A stretch of DNA of 64,000 nucleotides, from the NCBI GenBank assembly GCA_965215015.1, contig OZ244042.1, positions 5,344,001-5,408,000 on the forward strand, in the 5' to 3' direction. Under the pieces are notes generated by a model that saw only the letters and a program-made list of their open reading frames with translations, did no database searches and was not told the DNA's origin. This DNA is from Candidatus Poribacteria bacterium. Lineage in GTDB: Bacteria > Poribacteria > WGA-4E > PCPOR2b. Both the position numbers and the translations under genes were made by a program. Of the stretch, positions 29,656 through 40,000 are shown piece after piece; within the stretch, counting starts at the first letter, position 1; each line of letters opens with the position of its first letter.

Positions 29656-29684
29656 TTGACAGCGTTTCCACAAAACGGTATGAT
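29656..29684 (+). promoter_or_regulatory. Sigma70 promoter with overlapping LacI/cre-like operator
   Basis: TTGACA-N17-TATGAT; TGACAGCGTTTCCA at 29657-29670. Confidence 0.7.
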
Positions 29685-29761
29685 GAAAAATCAAGGAATA
29701 GGGCTAGGAGCAGATTGCCTATCCTCAATTTACGCTTCATGTTTGACGGAGGTATCGGGTT

Positions 29762-30640
29762 ATGTATTCACCAAATGATGTTCGGGAGTTCTGGGAAGGG
29801 ACACGTGCGGTACTCGATGAAATTCCGATGAAGCCTGAACTCTCACCTGCGCCTGAGTTGAGTGGTAGAGAGTTCGAGACCTATAACGTGGTGCTGACCA
29901 GTTTTGGCGGAATCAAACTCCGGGGTTGGTACTCGGTGCCGAAGGATAAGCCGCGGGGAAAATGTCCCGCCCTTCTCGCTGTCCCTGGTTACAGTGGGAG
30001 CAAGCAAATCCCCACTCATATGGTGCTTCAGGGATACGCTGTCCTTACGCTGTTTCCGCGAAGCCAGGGGGAGAGCAAGGCCGAGTGGCAGATTGAATCG
30101 GGGACGTACCTCACCTATTATATTACAGATCGGGACAGGTATTTTTATCGTGGGGCGTATATGGATTGTGTGCGGGGTATCGATTTTTTGGTGGGTTGCT
30201 CTGAAATTGATGTGGATCGGATTGGAATGTGGAGCCGCAGTCAGGGCGGTGGATTGACGCTTGCAACGAGTTCCTTGGATACGCGAATTAAAGCCGGGGT
30301 TGCCGAAGAACCGTTTTTGTGTAACTATCCGCTCTCAATTGAGGTGAAAACGAACCCGTATGTCGAGCTCGGTGAATATCTAAGTCAACACCCTGAGCAA
30401 AAAGAGACCGTTCTCGAAACACTCACTTATTTTGATCCGCTTAATCTGGTGGAAATGATTACCTGTCCTATGCTGGTTAATATCGGAATGAAAGACGACG
30501 TTTGCCCGTACCACACGATTATTCCTGTGTTTGAACGGATTGCAAGCCAGAAAGCGTTGATGATCTACCCCGATTTGGGGCATTCATCATGTACCGATTT
30601 CAACAACCATGCGAAAAATTGGTTGGATTTATATTTGTAG
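29762..30640 (+). CDS. Acetylxylan esterase / cephalosporin-C deacetylase (CE7-like)
   Basis: SQGGG nucleophile elbow, D..CP, GH catalytic triad. Confidence 0.9.
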   Translation: MYSPNDVREFWEGTRAVLDEIPMKPELSPAPELSGREFETYNVVLTSFGGIKLRGWYSVPKDKPRGKCPALLAVPGYSGSKQIPTHMVLQGYAVLTLFPRSQGESKAEWQIESGTYLTYYITDRDRYFYRGAYMDCVRGIDFLVGCSEIDVDRIGMWSRSQGGGLTLATSSLDTRIKAGVAEEPFLCNYPLSIEVKTNPYVELGEYLSQHPEQKETVLETLTYFDPLNLVEMITCPMLVNIGMKDDVCPYHTIIPVFERIASQKALMIYPDLGHSSCTDFNNHAKNWLDLYL

Positions 30641-30664
30641 CCAAAATTTATCAGGAGAGATCCA

Positions 30665-31750
30665 ATGCTAACGTATCAAGATATAGGCATCAAACCTTTT
30701 ATTAACGCAAGTGGAACCATCACAACGCTTGGTGGCAGCATCATGCCGACGGAGGTTGTCGAATCCATGCGTGAGGCGGCAACTTCGTTCATCCATCTCA
30801 ATGAACTCCACGAGAGGGTTGGCGACAAGTTGGCGGAGATGATTGGGGTTGAAGCCGCATTCGTTTCTTGTGGGGCGGCAAGTGGCGTCCAGGTCTCTGC
30901 CGCCGCATGTCTGACAGGCACAGATGTAGACCGTGTTCACAAGCTACCTGACACGAGCGGTGCAAAAAACGAGTTTATTATTAGCCTAGTTGATTCGCAT
31001 TACTATATTCATCAGGGAATCGAGGCGGTCGGTGGAACGTTGGTCAGGGTTGGCACCCGCGAAGCGGTTACGGCAGTGGATATGATAGATGCGATTGGTC
31101 CCAATACCGCGGCGATTGTCTTCTTCTTTGGGGCGCAGCCGAAAGAGCAGCTTGCAGAAATTATTCCTAAAGCTACGGCGCGTGGGGTGCCTGTGGTCGT
31201 TGATGCCGCAGCGCAACTGCCGCCTCGGTCTAACTTGACAGAGATTGCTGGAATGGGAGCGTCGTTGGTGAATTTCAGCGGCGGAAAGGGGATTCGCGGT
31301 CCCCAAAATTCAGGCTTGGTCATTGGGAAACAGGAGTTTGTCGAAGCAGCGCGTCTCAACTCTAACCCGCACAGCGCAATTGGACGCGGCATGAAGGTTG
31401 GCAAAGAGGAGGTCATGGGGCTGCTCACAGCGGTTGAAATCTTCCTGGCGAAAGATGAGAAAGAGGAGTATGCCGAGTGGCGTGCACAGATGGAATATAT
31501 CGCTCAAGCCGCCGAGTCAATTGATGGAGTCCACGCACAGGTAGTTGATGCCAAGCAGCATCCATCGGTACACATCACCCTCGACGCCTCGTGTGGGAAA
31601 ACAGCGGAACAGGTGAATAGCGAGTTGAGAGCGGGGGCTCCCTCTATCGTGAACGGTGGAGGTGCGGATAGTGTGGTGTTCAATTCGATGACGCTGATGC
31701 CGGGTGAAGAGGAGGCTATAGCCAAGCGTTTGGTTGAAGTGTTGACGTAG
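30665..31750 (+). CDS. SelA-like PLP-dependent enzyme (DgaE ammonia-lyase-like)
   Basis: INASGT.T.LGGS, VDAAA, FSGGKGIRGPQ, IGRGMKVGKEE. Confidence 0.85.
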   Translation: MLTYQDIGIKPFINASGTITTLGGSIMPTEVVESMREAATSFIHLNELHERVGDKLAEMIGVEAAFVSCGAASGVQVSAAACLTGTDVDRVHKLPDTSGAKNEFIISLVDSHYYIHQGIEAVGGTLVRVGTREAVTAVDMIDAIGPNTAAIVFFFGAQPKEQLAEIIPKATARGVPVVVDAAAQLPPRSNLTEIAGMGASLVNFSGGKGIRGPQNSGLVIGKQEFVEAARLNSNPHSAIGRGMKVGKEEVMGLLTAVEIFLAKDEKEEYAEWRAQMEYIAQAAESIDGVHAQVVDAKQHPSVHITLDASCGKTAEQVNSELRAGAPSIVNGGGADSVVFNSMTLMPGEEEAIAKRLVEVLT

Positions 31751-31793
31751 GGCGTGAAACGTGAAAAGATAGGGGCATTGCGCCGAGGGGGAA

Positions 31794-33302
31794 GTGATGG
31801 ACCGAAACCTGATGAGCAATGAGGAAAACTATTGCTTCGATGTCGCTGGTTATCTAATCGTTCGAGATGTCTTGACGCAGGAAGAGATTGCGGCGTGTAG
31901 CCGGGATCTCGATCAGGAGGGGACTACCCCGCTAGCGGAGTCTTTGGCAAGGCTGCGCGACCATCCCCGACTGGTGTGGTATCTCAACCAGATCTGTGGG
32001 GAGAAATTCCAACTTGACCGGGAGCCACATCTTATTGGGGAGGCAGCAGGGGCCGCGGGGGGCACGATGGTCGGGGGCAACGAGCCGCGGGACTGGTCCC
32101 GCGCTTACTATCACCAGAACAGCGTCCGGTTCTGTCAGGGGGTGCTTGCTATTTGGGCACTGGCGGATGTGAAAGCGGGCGATGGTGGATTTGTGCTGGT
32201 TCCAGCGAGCCACAAGAACTACGTTGAGACACCGAAGGGGGTGCTGACCGGCTCGGACGATATGGGACTGACCGTTCAACCGTCCCTTAAAGCGGGCGAC
32301 TTGCTGCTTTGTGCAGAGGCCACGCTGCACAGCATGAGACCGTGGAAGGGGAAGGGACCACAGCGACTGCTCGCATCCGGGTACATCGGTGAGAATGCCC
32401 GCTCGTCAATCAATCTTGATGCAGCACGTGAGGAGGATTCGTCCCCCGAGTGGATGGCGGAGTTGACCCCGGTGCAACGTGCGGTGATGCGGGGCCAGGA
32501 TTCTTGTCGCGTTTCTCCTCCGTCTGTGGTGAAATCGGATGGGGAGACCTGTTGGACTGAGGAATCGCCCGAAGTTTATCATCCGTCAATCTATATCCGT
32601 GATCCCGACTCCGCTATTGATGAGCAGGAATTCTACTTCTGGGATCTGTGCGGGCACCTTGTGATTCGGAATGTGATGGAGGCAGCATGGCTTGAAGCAG
32701 CGAATGAGGCGATCGACAAATTTGCGGATCGGATTGTGGTGGGCGGAGCTCCTGACAAAGGCTCAAAGACGCTTGCGGGGACGGGGAGACCCGATTTGGG
32801 AGGGCTATTTGAACTGCCGAAGCCATATTGCAATCCTTTTCGGGAGATGATTGCCCACCCGGCGGTGATACATCGACTCAACTGGATGGAAGGAAGCGGC
32901 TTCCGGTGTGGCAACGCCACGGCAATCTGTTCGGTGAAGGGAACTGCCGGGCACGCTCTGCACAGTGGTGGCGAACCCGCGAGAGCTGGGAACAATTACC
33001 TTTTGCAGAATGGACGGACTTACTGTGATTCGGTGAACGTTGCTTGGCAGCTGCGCGATGTGACCGAAGCGGAGGGCGGATTCGTCTGTGTGCCGGGCAG
33101 CCACAAGGCGAGATATCCTACGCCGCCGGGTGTGCAATCTTGCGATGATCATATGGGGTTAGTCCGCCATGTGTCAATGAAGGCAGGGGATGTACTCATG
33201 TTTATGGGAGGCGCGCAAACGCACGGTGCCTATCCGTGGAAGAGCGACACCCATCGTCGCACCGTCCTGATTAATTATCTATCCAGAAATCTATTTTTGT
33301 GA
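31794..33302 (+). CDS. Tandem two-domain phytanoyl-CoA dioxygenase (PhyH) family protein
   Basis: Two repeats of GY/HLV.R...GGF..VP.SHK...KAGD...H. Confidence 0.85.
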   Translation: MMDRNLMSNEENYCFDVAGYLIVRDVLTQEEIAACSRDLDQEGTTPLAESLARLRDHPRLVWYLNQICGEKFQLDREPHLIGEAAGAAGGTMVGGNEPRDWSRAYYHQNSVRFCQGVLAIWALADVKAGDGGFVLVPASHKNYVETPKGVLTGSDDMGLTVQPSLKAGDLLLCAEATLHSMRPWKGKGPQRLLASGYIGENARSSINLDAAREEDSSPEWMAELTPVQRAVMRGQDSCRVSPPSVVKSDGETCWTEESPEVYHPSIYIRDPDSAIDEQEFYFWDLCGHLVIRNVMEAAWLEAANEAIDKFADRIVVGGAPDKGSKTLAGTGRPDLGGLFELPKPYCNPFREMIAHPAVIHRLNWMEGSGFRCGNATAICSVKGTAGHALHSGGEPARAGNNYLLQNGRTYCDSVNVAWQLRDVTEAEGGFVCVPGSHKARYPTPPGVQSCDDHMGLVRHVSMKAGDVLMFMGGAQTHGAYPWKSDTHRRTVLINYLSRNLFL

Positions 33303-33434
33303 TTCGGTTTTTGAATTGTGGGAGATAGACAGTATAGATCGACGTGCACATGCGTACAAAGGGGCACCCAAGCCCCCCTCTATCCCCCCGCAAGCAGAGG
33401 GAGGGGCGCAAGTCTCGATTCCGGACCTTCCAAG

Positions 33435-34271
33435 GATTTGTTTTTCCCAATTAGGGTTGGGAGTTTAATGGCAGTTGCGTGTTAGCCAAGCCATATATGC
33501 CGTAGCGGTTGTGGGGTTTACGGCCCGGCGGATTGTGTCTCCTCCTTTTTTCAGTTTGTAGTAGCGCAATTTATTGCGCGTCACAACGGGTGATAAATCA
33601 CCCTACTACATACCTGATTTGTTTTTCCCAATTAGGGTTGGGAGTTTAATGGCAGTTGGGTATTAGCCAAGCCATATATGCCGTAGCGGTTGTGGGGTTT
33701 ACGGCCCGAGGGATTGTGCCTCCTCCTTTTTTCAGTTTGTAGTAGCGCAATTCATTGCGCGTCACAACGGGTGATAAATCACCCTACTACATACCTGAGG
33801 GAGGCTCATAATAATTATCTGAATCGCAGATGCAGCGGGGGACACAGATTGCACGGATACAGGTATTGGTCTCAGACAGTAAGTGAGGCGAGATGCCCCA
33901 CCGACAGGGGTCGGTAAGTTTAATGGCATTTGTGTGTTAGCCAAGCCATATGCCGTAGCAGTTGTGGGGTTTACGGCCCGGCGGATTGTGTCTCCTCCTT
34001 TTTTCAGTTTGTAGTAGCGCAATTTATTGCGCGTCACAACGGGTGATAAATCACCCTACTACATACCTGAGGGGTGCTCATAATAATTATCTGAATCGCA
34101 GATGCAGCGGGGGACACAGATTGCACGGATACAGATATGGGTGTCAGGTGAGAGATGAGGTGAGATGCCCCACCGACGGGGGTCGGTAAGTTTAATGGCA
34201 TTTGTGTGTTAGCCAAGCCATATATGCTGTAGCGGTTGTGGGGTTTACGGCACGGCGGAGTGTGCCTACTA
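33435..34271. repeat. Mosaic tandem array of REP/REPIN modules (BIME-like)
   Basis: Core at 33462, 33643, 33917, 34189; GTAGTAG...CTACTAC double hairpin at 33558, 33739, 34011; periods 181/274/272 bp. Confidence 0.9.
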
Positions 34272-34338
34272 CTTTATGAGCACCCCTCATCTATGTTGGC
34301 GCGAAATTGCCGACTTGACTTTTGTAATTGGAGGAATT

Positions 34339-34971
34339 ATGAGTAGGATTAAAACAGCGGTGATCACTGGACAACACGCTTTTGATGTGCCGGGGTTTCA
34401 TGCGTTGTTCAGGAGTATTCCCGAAATTGATTTTTACTTACAGGATCTGGAGAACTTTGCGGCGGATGCCGGCAAAGTTCGGGAGCAGTATGAGGTCCTT
34501 GTGTTCTATAACTTTCATCGGCAGATGCCCGACGAAGGTAGAATCAAAGAAGCCATTGAGGGATTGGGTGAAAATGGGACGGGTATCTTGGTACTGCACC
34601 ACGCCATCCTTGCATTCCCGCAGTGGCAGTTATGGTCGGATTTGTGTGGTATTCAAGATCGCAGCTTCGGTGTCCAGATTGACCAAAACGTGCATGTTGA
34701 CATCGTGGATCCGCAGCACCCGACCACACGGGGATTGACTCCGTGGGAGATGGTGGATGAGATTTATATCATGGCGGATCCGGGGGAGGACAGTGAACTA
34801 TTGTTGACTACCGACCACCCCGATAGTATGAAAACGCTGGCGTGGGCTCGACAGTACAAAAATGCGCGTGTGTTCTGTTGTCAGTCAGGTCACGACGATC
34901 AGGTCTTTTCTGACCCCAATTTCCGCACGGTGATTTCGCAGGGCATTCAGTGGTTAGCAGGAAGGATTTAG
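34339..34971 (+). CDS. ThuA-like (GATase-fold) domain protein
   Basis: ITGQH.FD, LHHA, DEIY, GHD motifs; RBS ggagg. Confidence 0.85.
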   Translation: MSRIKTAVITGQHAFDVPGFHALFRSIPEIDFYLQDLENFAADAGKVREQYEVLVFYNFHRQMPDEGRIKEAIEGLGENGTGILVLHHAILAFPQWQLWSDLCGIQDRSFGVQIDQNVHVDIVDPQHPTTRGLTPWEMVDEIYIMADPGEDSELLLTTDHPDSMKTLAWARQYKNARVFCCQSGHDDQVFSDPNFRTVISQGIQWLAGRI

Positions 34972-34984
34972 AGGGAGATGGTCA

Positions 34985-35935
34985 ATGCGTACGTTAAGCA
35001 TTCAAGGCTTGCCTGATAAGAGAAGACAGAAGGTCCTTGTCCACGATTGGCCCGAACCAGGGGGGCCAACCGGGAACGAAGTCAAAACCGAGACAATCTA
35101 TTCTGGGATAACAAACGGCACGGAACGCAATCAACTGATTGGCGGAAACTACGCTCCCAAGGACGAACAACTGCCCACCGGCGGCAACGGCTACCAAAAT
35201 GTGGGACGAGTGATTGAGATAGGGCCTGAGGTCAGCGAGCTACAGGTCGGAGATGTGCTGTATATGAGTGCTGTCCATGCGGAGTACGTCGTGATGGCAG
35301 AGGACGACTTGCTCATCAAGCTACCCGATTCGGTTGACCGCACGGAGGCTGCGCTTTTCGGGATGACCAGTGTTGCCATGCGTACCTGTCGCAACACCGA
35401 GTTGAAGATGGGAGAACGGGTGCTAATTGTGGGTGCTGGTATTATCGGCCAGGTCGCTGTACAAATTGCTGCTGTTATGGGTGCCCGTACCACACTTTGC
35501 GACATCAACCCCAACCGTCTAGAGATTGCTAGGGAGATTGGTGCGGCTGAAACCGTTCTGGATGTTTCAGGCGATGGCTGGGAAAAAGGGGTCGCTGACG
35601 GGACGTTCGACGCGGTGATTGACTTTGCCGGCGTGCCGGGTATGGAGGATCAATTCATCAGTGCGGTGCGTCAGCGCGGCCGGGTCATATTCATCGGTGG
35701 ACGGGGCAAAGTGACCTATACCTTTAACCTCGGTCAGGGCCGCGAGATTCAGCTGAAACAGAACAGCCATTTTGATCGCGATGACCTGCAGAATCTGTGT
35801 CGTCTGGTCGATCGGGGGTTGGTGAAGATTACCCCCTTAATCCGCGATGTCGTCCCGGTGAGTGAAGCCAAGCGTATCTATGACACACTGCGGGATAGCC
35901 CCAATGAATTGTTGGGGACGGTGTTTGTATGGTAG
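34985..35935 (+). CDS. Medium-chain dehydrogenase/reductase
   Basis: GITNGTE, GYQNVG, VGAGIIG Rossmann motif. Confidence 0.88.
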   Translation: MRTLSIQGLPDKRRQKVLVHDWPEPGGPTGNEVKTETIYSGITNGTERNQLIGGNYAPKDEQLPTGGNGYQNVGRVIEIGPEVSELQVGDVLYMSAVHAEYVVMAEDDLLIKLPDSVDRTEAALFGMTSVAMRTCRNTELKMGERVLIVGAGIIGQVAVQIAAVMGARTTLCDINPNRLEIAREIGAAETVLDVSGDGWEKGVADGTFDAVIDFAGVPGMEDQFISAVRQRGRVIFIGGRGKVTYTFNLGQGREIQLKQNSHFDRDDLQNLCRLVDRGLVKITPLIRDVVPVSEAKRIYDTLRDSPNELLGTVFVW

Positions 35936-36246
35936 GCTAGCGCAAGTTGCTAGATCGCCCATAGCTTTGGAAGTCGGCCAAGATGCCCGACCTACAGATA
36001 TAGCGATTTGACTTTTATCGCGCCTCGTGTAACTAAGTTCTGTTGGCATTTGACAAATTGAACCCCTCTCCATTCCGAGGGGCTCAATCTGATGGACTTG
36101 AGGCGATTTTGGATTCTGTAGGGGCACCCCTTGGGGTTGCCCTACTGTCGGTTGATTTTCCAAAATCGAAAATATCGAGAACATTGGGCTATAAGTGTTT
36201 TATCGAGATCTGAATCTCGACCGACTTACAGCATTTGTGGAATTGG

Positions 36247-37368
36247 CTACAGCAAACGCCGAAAGTCGCGGATCTGATGGAACGTAATCCGATTGGCATC
36301 GTGGAAGTTATGTGCACCGTCATAGGCGGTGCGAACGATGTAGATAATGTCGGTGCCATCGAACTGCCAATCCACATACTGGAAACCGGTTAACTGAACG
36401 GATTGCTCATAGGGCAAGCCCTGATCGTCTTCTAACAGTGTGAGGTTGTGCCCCCAACGGAGGAGGTCTTCGGAGGTGTGCAACGACAACACGGTGCGCC
36501 GAGAGGGTTGGTTTGGGTTGGGATTGTTGTTGCTCAGGGTTAGGTAACGCCCGGTCTCTGGGTCAAAACGGATGGTGAACTTCGTCATGCCGCCGGGAAA
36601 ATCGATGAATCCCGTTTCTGGATCGAACGTGATAGTCTTACCGTTGTCCCGAACTTTAACGATTGCAGCCTTGTCCCACAGCGGGAGCGAATTGAAGCGG
36701 AGGATATTCCAGATCTCTCCGTCCTTTGTTTCTACTGTATTTCCTTCTAGCCAGCCCGGACGCTCCAATTTTCCCCACGTTTCTGGAACCCATGCCGGAT
36801 CGAAGGGGAGTTTGTTGCTCATTGTCCAGTTTGCAGCATCTAGAAGATTTGCACCTGCGTCGCCGGAGATTACGAGGGATTGGAAGCCGCTGCCCCAGAC
36901 ACATGGATCGCAGTCCTCGAATGCCCGATACACCCTGCCGTCTTTCAGAAGGATTGGCACCGGGGCGCAATGATAATTGGGCGGTGCGCGGAAAGGGCCG
37001 CCCTGAAACAGCAATCCTGATTTCTCGTCTTTAGGATGGGTCCAGGTGTATCCGCCATCGCAGCTGCGGCGGATTAGAATTGAGCCGTATTCCTGTGATG
37101 TACCGAACAGATAAACGTCGCCGTTGTGGATAAATAGTGAGCTCCAGAACGCATTAGCGATATGGGTGATGTTGGTCCAACTCTCTCCGTTGTCGCTTGA
37201 ACGGTAGACGCTGGTCAGATGTTGTGCGTTTTCGTGGTTTAGGGGGCAGCCTTTCCCAAAATAGTCGTGCGTTGCGAGCAGCGTCCCATCAGCAAGTCGG
37301 ACGATGCTCGGACTGCCGAGGTAGGTTCTCGTTCTTGCGTCCTGAAACTTGATTTCGTTAAAGTCCAT
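36247..37368 (-). CDS. Sialidase/BNR-repeat glycoside hydrolase
   Basis: Asp-boxes SSDNGESW and SCDGGYTW; FQYVDW. Confidence 0.85.
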   Translation of the reverse strand: MDFNEIKFQDARTRTYLGSPSIVRLADGTLLATHDYFGKGCPLNHENAQHLTSVYRSSDNGESWTNITHIANAFWSSLFIHNGDVYLFGTSQEYGSILIRRSCDGGYTWTHPKDEKSGLLFQGGPFRAPPNYHCAPVPILLKDGRVYRAFEDCDPCVWGSGFQSLVISGDAGANLLDAANWTMSNKLPFDPAWVPETWGKLERPGWLEGNTVETKDGEIWNILRFNSLPLWDKAAIVKVRDNGKTITFDPETGFIDFPGGMTKFTIRFDPETGRYLTLSNNNPNPNQPSRRTVLSLHTSEDLLRWGHNLTLLEDDQGLPYEQSVQLTGFQYVDWQFDGTDIIYIVRTAYDGAHNFHDANRITFHQIRDFRRLL

Positions 37369-37557
37369 AGATTTCCTTTCACTTAGGGATGGGCTAGCCT
37401 CTGGCTTGGCTTGAAAGTGCAATTTACAGGACACCTCAATTTCCGACAGGTAGCAACTCCAGGTTACAGTAAGATGAGGTTTGGGCGCCTGTGTTTGTTG
37501 AGGCTTTGTTTTATTCTATCAAAGTTGGGAGATTGGTGCAACGAAAAGGAGTTGGAA

Positions 37558-38412
37558 ATGCGGATTTTGGTCACCGGTGCGAGTGGCCGCATTGGCCGTT
37601 ATGTTGTAAAGGAATTGATAAATGCGGGGCATAGTGTCACTGGTGTTGACGTATTAGCGTCTGAAGGGAGGATGCCTCGTTTCCTGCGTGTTGATCTGAC
37701 CGATGCCGGTGAGGTGTATCAAGCGTTAGCGGCTGTAGGAGTGGAGGTGGTTGTCCACTTGGGTGCGTGGGCAAATGCGGGTGTTGTCCCCGATACTCGC
37801 ACTTACGGCGATAACGTTCAAGGGGCTTTTAATCTATTTCAGGCATGTGCAGACTTAGGAGTTCAACGGGTGGTCTCAGCGTCTAGCGCACAGGTCTATG
37901 GATTTGCCGAAGCACCGCCTGTCTATGTGCCGGTTGATGAAGTCCATCCGTTACGCCCTGCCAACTGTTATGCACTATCAAAGGTGGTGGGCGAACAGAC
38001 CGCAGATTACTTCGTCAAGCGTTTTGGGATGACGATTCTTTCGTTCCGGTTTATGGGGATTCGGACACCAGTACAATTAGATGCAGAAATTGATGGGTTG
38101 GTACAGGATCCAAGCAAGGGAGCTTCGCTGTTATGGACACGAACGGACGCTCGCGATGCTGCAATTGCGTGTCGGTTGGCGGTCGAGGCAGAATGTGTAT
38201 CTTCGGGTCCTTACAATATCACGGGGGCGCGGGTTGTGTTGTCAGAGCCGACTGCGACGTTAGTGGAACGTTATTTTAGAGACACGACGGAGGTTCGAGA
38301 TGCTTTGCCGGGTCATATTTCCCCTGTAAGTTGTGCGAAGGCAGAAGCCACTTTCGGCTATCAACCACAATTTGTGTGGTCTATGTCGAAAAGGCACCCG
38401 GAATCAGATTAA
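37558..38412 (+). CDS. NAD-dependent epimerase/dehydratase
   Basis: TGASGRIG, YALSK. Confidence 0.9.
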   Translation: MRILVTGASGRIGRYVVKELINAGHSVTGVDVLASEGRMPRFLRVDLTDAGEVYQALAAVGVEVVVHLGAWANAGVVPDTRTYGDNVQGAFNLFQACADLGVQRVVSASSAQVYGFAEAPPVYVPVDEVHPLRPANCYALSKVVGEQTADYFVKRFGMTILSFRFMGIRTPVQLDAEIDGLVQDPSKGASLLWTRTDARDAAIACRLAVEAECVSSGPYNITGARVVLSEPTATLVERYFRDTTEVRDALPGHISPVSCAKAEATFGYQPQFVWSMSKRHPESD

Positions 38413-38656
38413 AATAATTGGGTACACGTTAAAAGAAAGTGCAGAGTGGCTTGGAGCAACTGAGTTTTTTCGGAAAAATTCGGGTTCTTTGCACGATTTT
38501 TTACACGAGCGAACAGTTGAAGACGTCATATATTATCTCGTTGAGGTAATCGGTCGGTCAAGATGCCCGCCCGACGGAGGTGGGGATGTCCCGTCCCGAT
38601 GCTGCGATCGGGATTCAAAGCAACGTGCCTACTACCTTATCCCGATGGAGGGAACT

Positions 38657-39415
38657 GTGCTTATCCATAATTCCAAAGGTCATTACCATTTTCTCAAAGG
38701 CATCGATCCGTATTCCTGCGGCGTCATCGCTGATCCCGGTTACGAAATCGTCAATGTTACGCTGAAACATCCTATCCCATGGCGTGAAGGATTTACGCAT
38801 ATTGATACGTATTTGAAAGCACGAGGGCAAGGACGGACAACCTTATGTGCGATTCAACTCCGAAGTCCAGCACCTTTCACCATGGAGGGGTTCATTGACT
38901 TTAATCGTGGGTACTGCGAAGTTTTGCAGGAATGGGGGCTTTATGTGGATGAGCTCAATCCGTTGGCACGCACAAATGTGGCACCGTTGGTAGATCCACC
39001 GGAAGTGCCGATGCTCTACGGCTTTTCTCATGTGCTGCCTTGTGATAATGCAGTAGAACCAACCTTCATCATTGCAGGTGCCGGTGAGCTTTTGGAAGCT
39101 GCCTTGAACGCTGAAGGCATCGTTCGACGGGGAGAAACCGATAGGGAAGCCGTACGCGAGAAGGCGACTTATGTCGTCGAAGTGATGGAGAACCGTCTCT
39201 TGGGGCTGGGCGGTGTTTGGGATGCGGTGAATCGGATTAACATCTACACTGTGCATCCGATCAGTGGCCTCGTTGAAGAGATTGTACTGCCGAAGCTAGT
39301 CGCAGGTAAGGGGCACGGCATCCATTGGTATCCGTCACGTCCGCCGATTGTGGATATAGAATACGAGATGGATATGCGGGGTGTGGTGCGAGAGTTGTAC
39401 GTCGATTTCAGCTAA
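38657..39415 (+). CDS. CnbZ-like (2-amino-5-chloromuconate deaminase / RidA-related) protein
   Basis: YSCGV.A.PGYEI, LRSPAPF, NPLARTNVAP, RPP...EYEMD; GTG start after ggagg. Confidence 0.75.
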   Translation: MLIHNSKGHYHFLKGIDPYSCGVIADPGYEIVNVTLKHPIPWREGFTHIDTYLKARGQGRTTLCAIQLRSPAPFTMEGFIDFNRGYCEVLQEWGLYVDELNPLARTNVAPLVDPPEVPMLYGFSHVLPCDNAVEPTFIIAGAGELLEAALNAEGIVRRGETDREAVREKATYVVEVMENRLLGLGGVWDAVNRINIYTVHPISGLVEEIVLPKLVAGKGHGIHWYPSRPPIVDIEYEMDMRGVVRELYVDFS

Positions 39416-39487
39416 TACCTTTAATACCTTGAGCCTTCGATTACCGCGCTGCTGTCAACGGTAGTTGATGTGTGAGTGGGTGGGGGG

Positions 39488-39524
39488 GATGCGTGATGAT
39501 TTTTTGATTTTCTCACCACGCATC
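39488..39524. terminator. Hairpin between convergent genes
   Basis: GATGCGTG...CACGCATC inverted repeat. Confidence 0.45.
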
Positions 39525-39537
39525 ATAAGTCTATTTT

Positions 39538-39768
39538 TTAACCGCCATCGATGGCAGAGACAATCTGTCCTGTGGTTGGGTACTCTCCTGTTTCCAATTT
39601 AGAGTAAATCAGTTCTCCGTTCAGGGAGACTTCAAAGCATCCACCACCACTGGGAACAAGTGTGAGTCCTTTAACGTCTGTTTTGTATTTGGTCAACAAA
39701 TCGTCCGTCAAACTGACGGCTCTGGGCAGGTAGTTTCAAGCAGAGCAGTATTCAACTCGTAGTTCCAT
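39538..39768 (-). CDS. Rdx/SelW-family selenoprotein (CxxU), 76 aa
   Basis: MELRVEYCSA-UGA-NYLPRAVSL...LVPSGGGCFEV...IYSK..TGEYP; ggagg RBS; in-frame TGA at 39736-39738. Confidence 0.92.
39705..39719 (-). promoter_or_regulatory. Putative bacterial SECIS hairpin
   Basis: CCGUCA-GUU-UGACGG starting 16 nt after the UGA; G first in loop. Confidence 0.75.
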
Positions 39769-40000
39769 TGTTAGTCCTCCTAAAGTATCAGAATTTCCCA
39801 GAGATCCGATTCGGGTTGATATTCATCCCTCCGGGCGGGTGATTTGATTGCTTGATAGCACGGATTGGATTTGTATCCATGTGAATCAACATCGGATCCC
39901 TTACATTTTACAAGAGAAGCTATGGACTCTGCAAGTATTTTTTTTGAATTATAGAGGAGATATACTTAAAAAGCGGAAGTAAAGAAGGAGTTGAAAATCG

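Noticed and set aside
30665-31750. True selenocysteine synthase selA
   Set aside because: Too short, lacks the SelA N-terminal region, and motifs fit the DgaE-like branch
33435-34271. CRISPR array, or the short ORFs called in the repeats
   Set aside because: Units are long, spacers are not unique and there are no cas genes; the ORFs are translations of REP sequence
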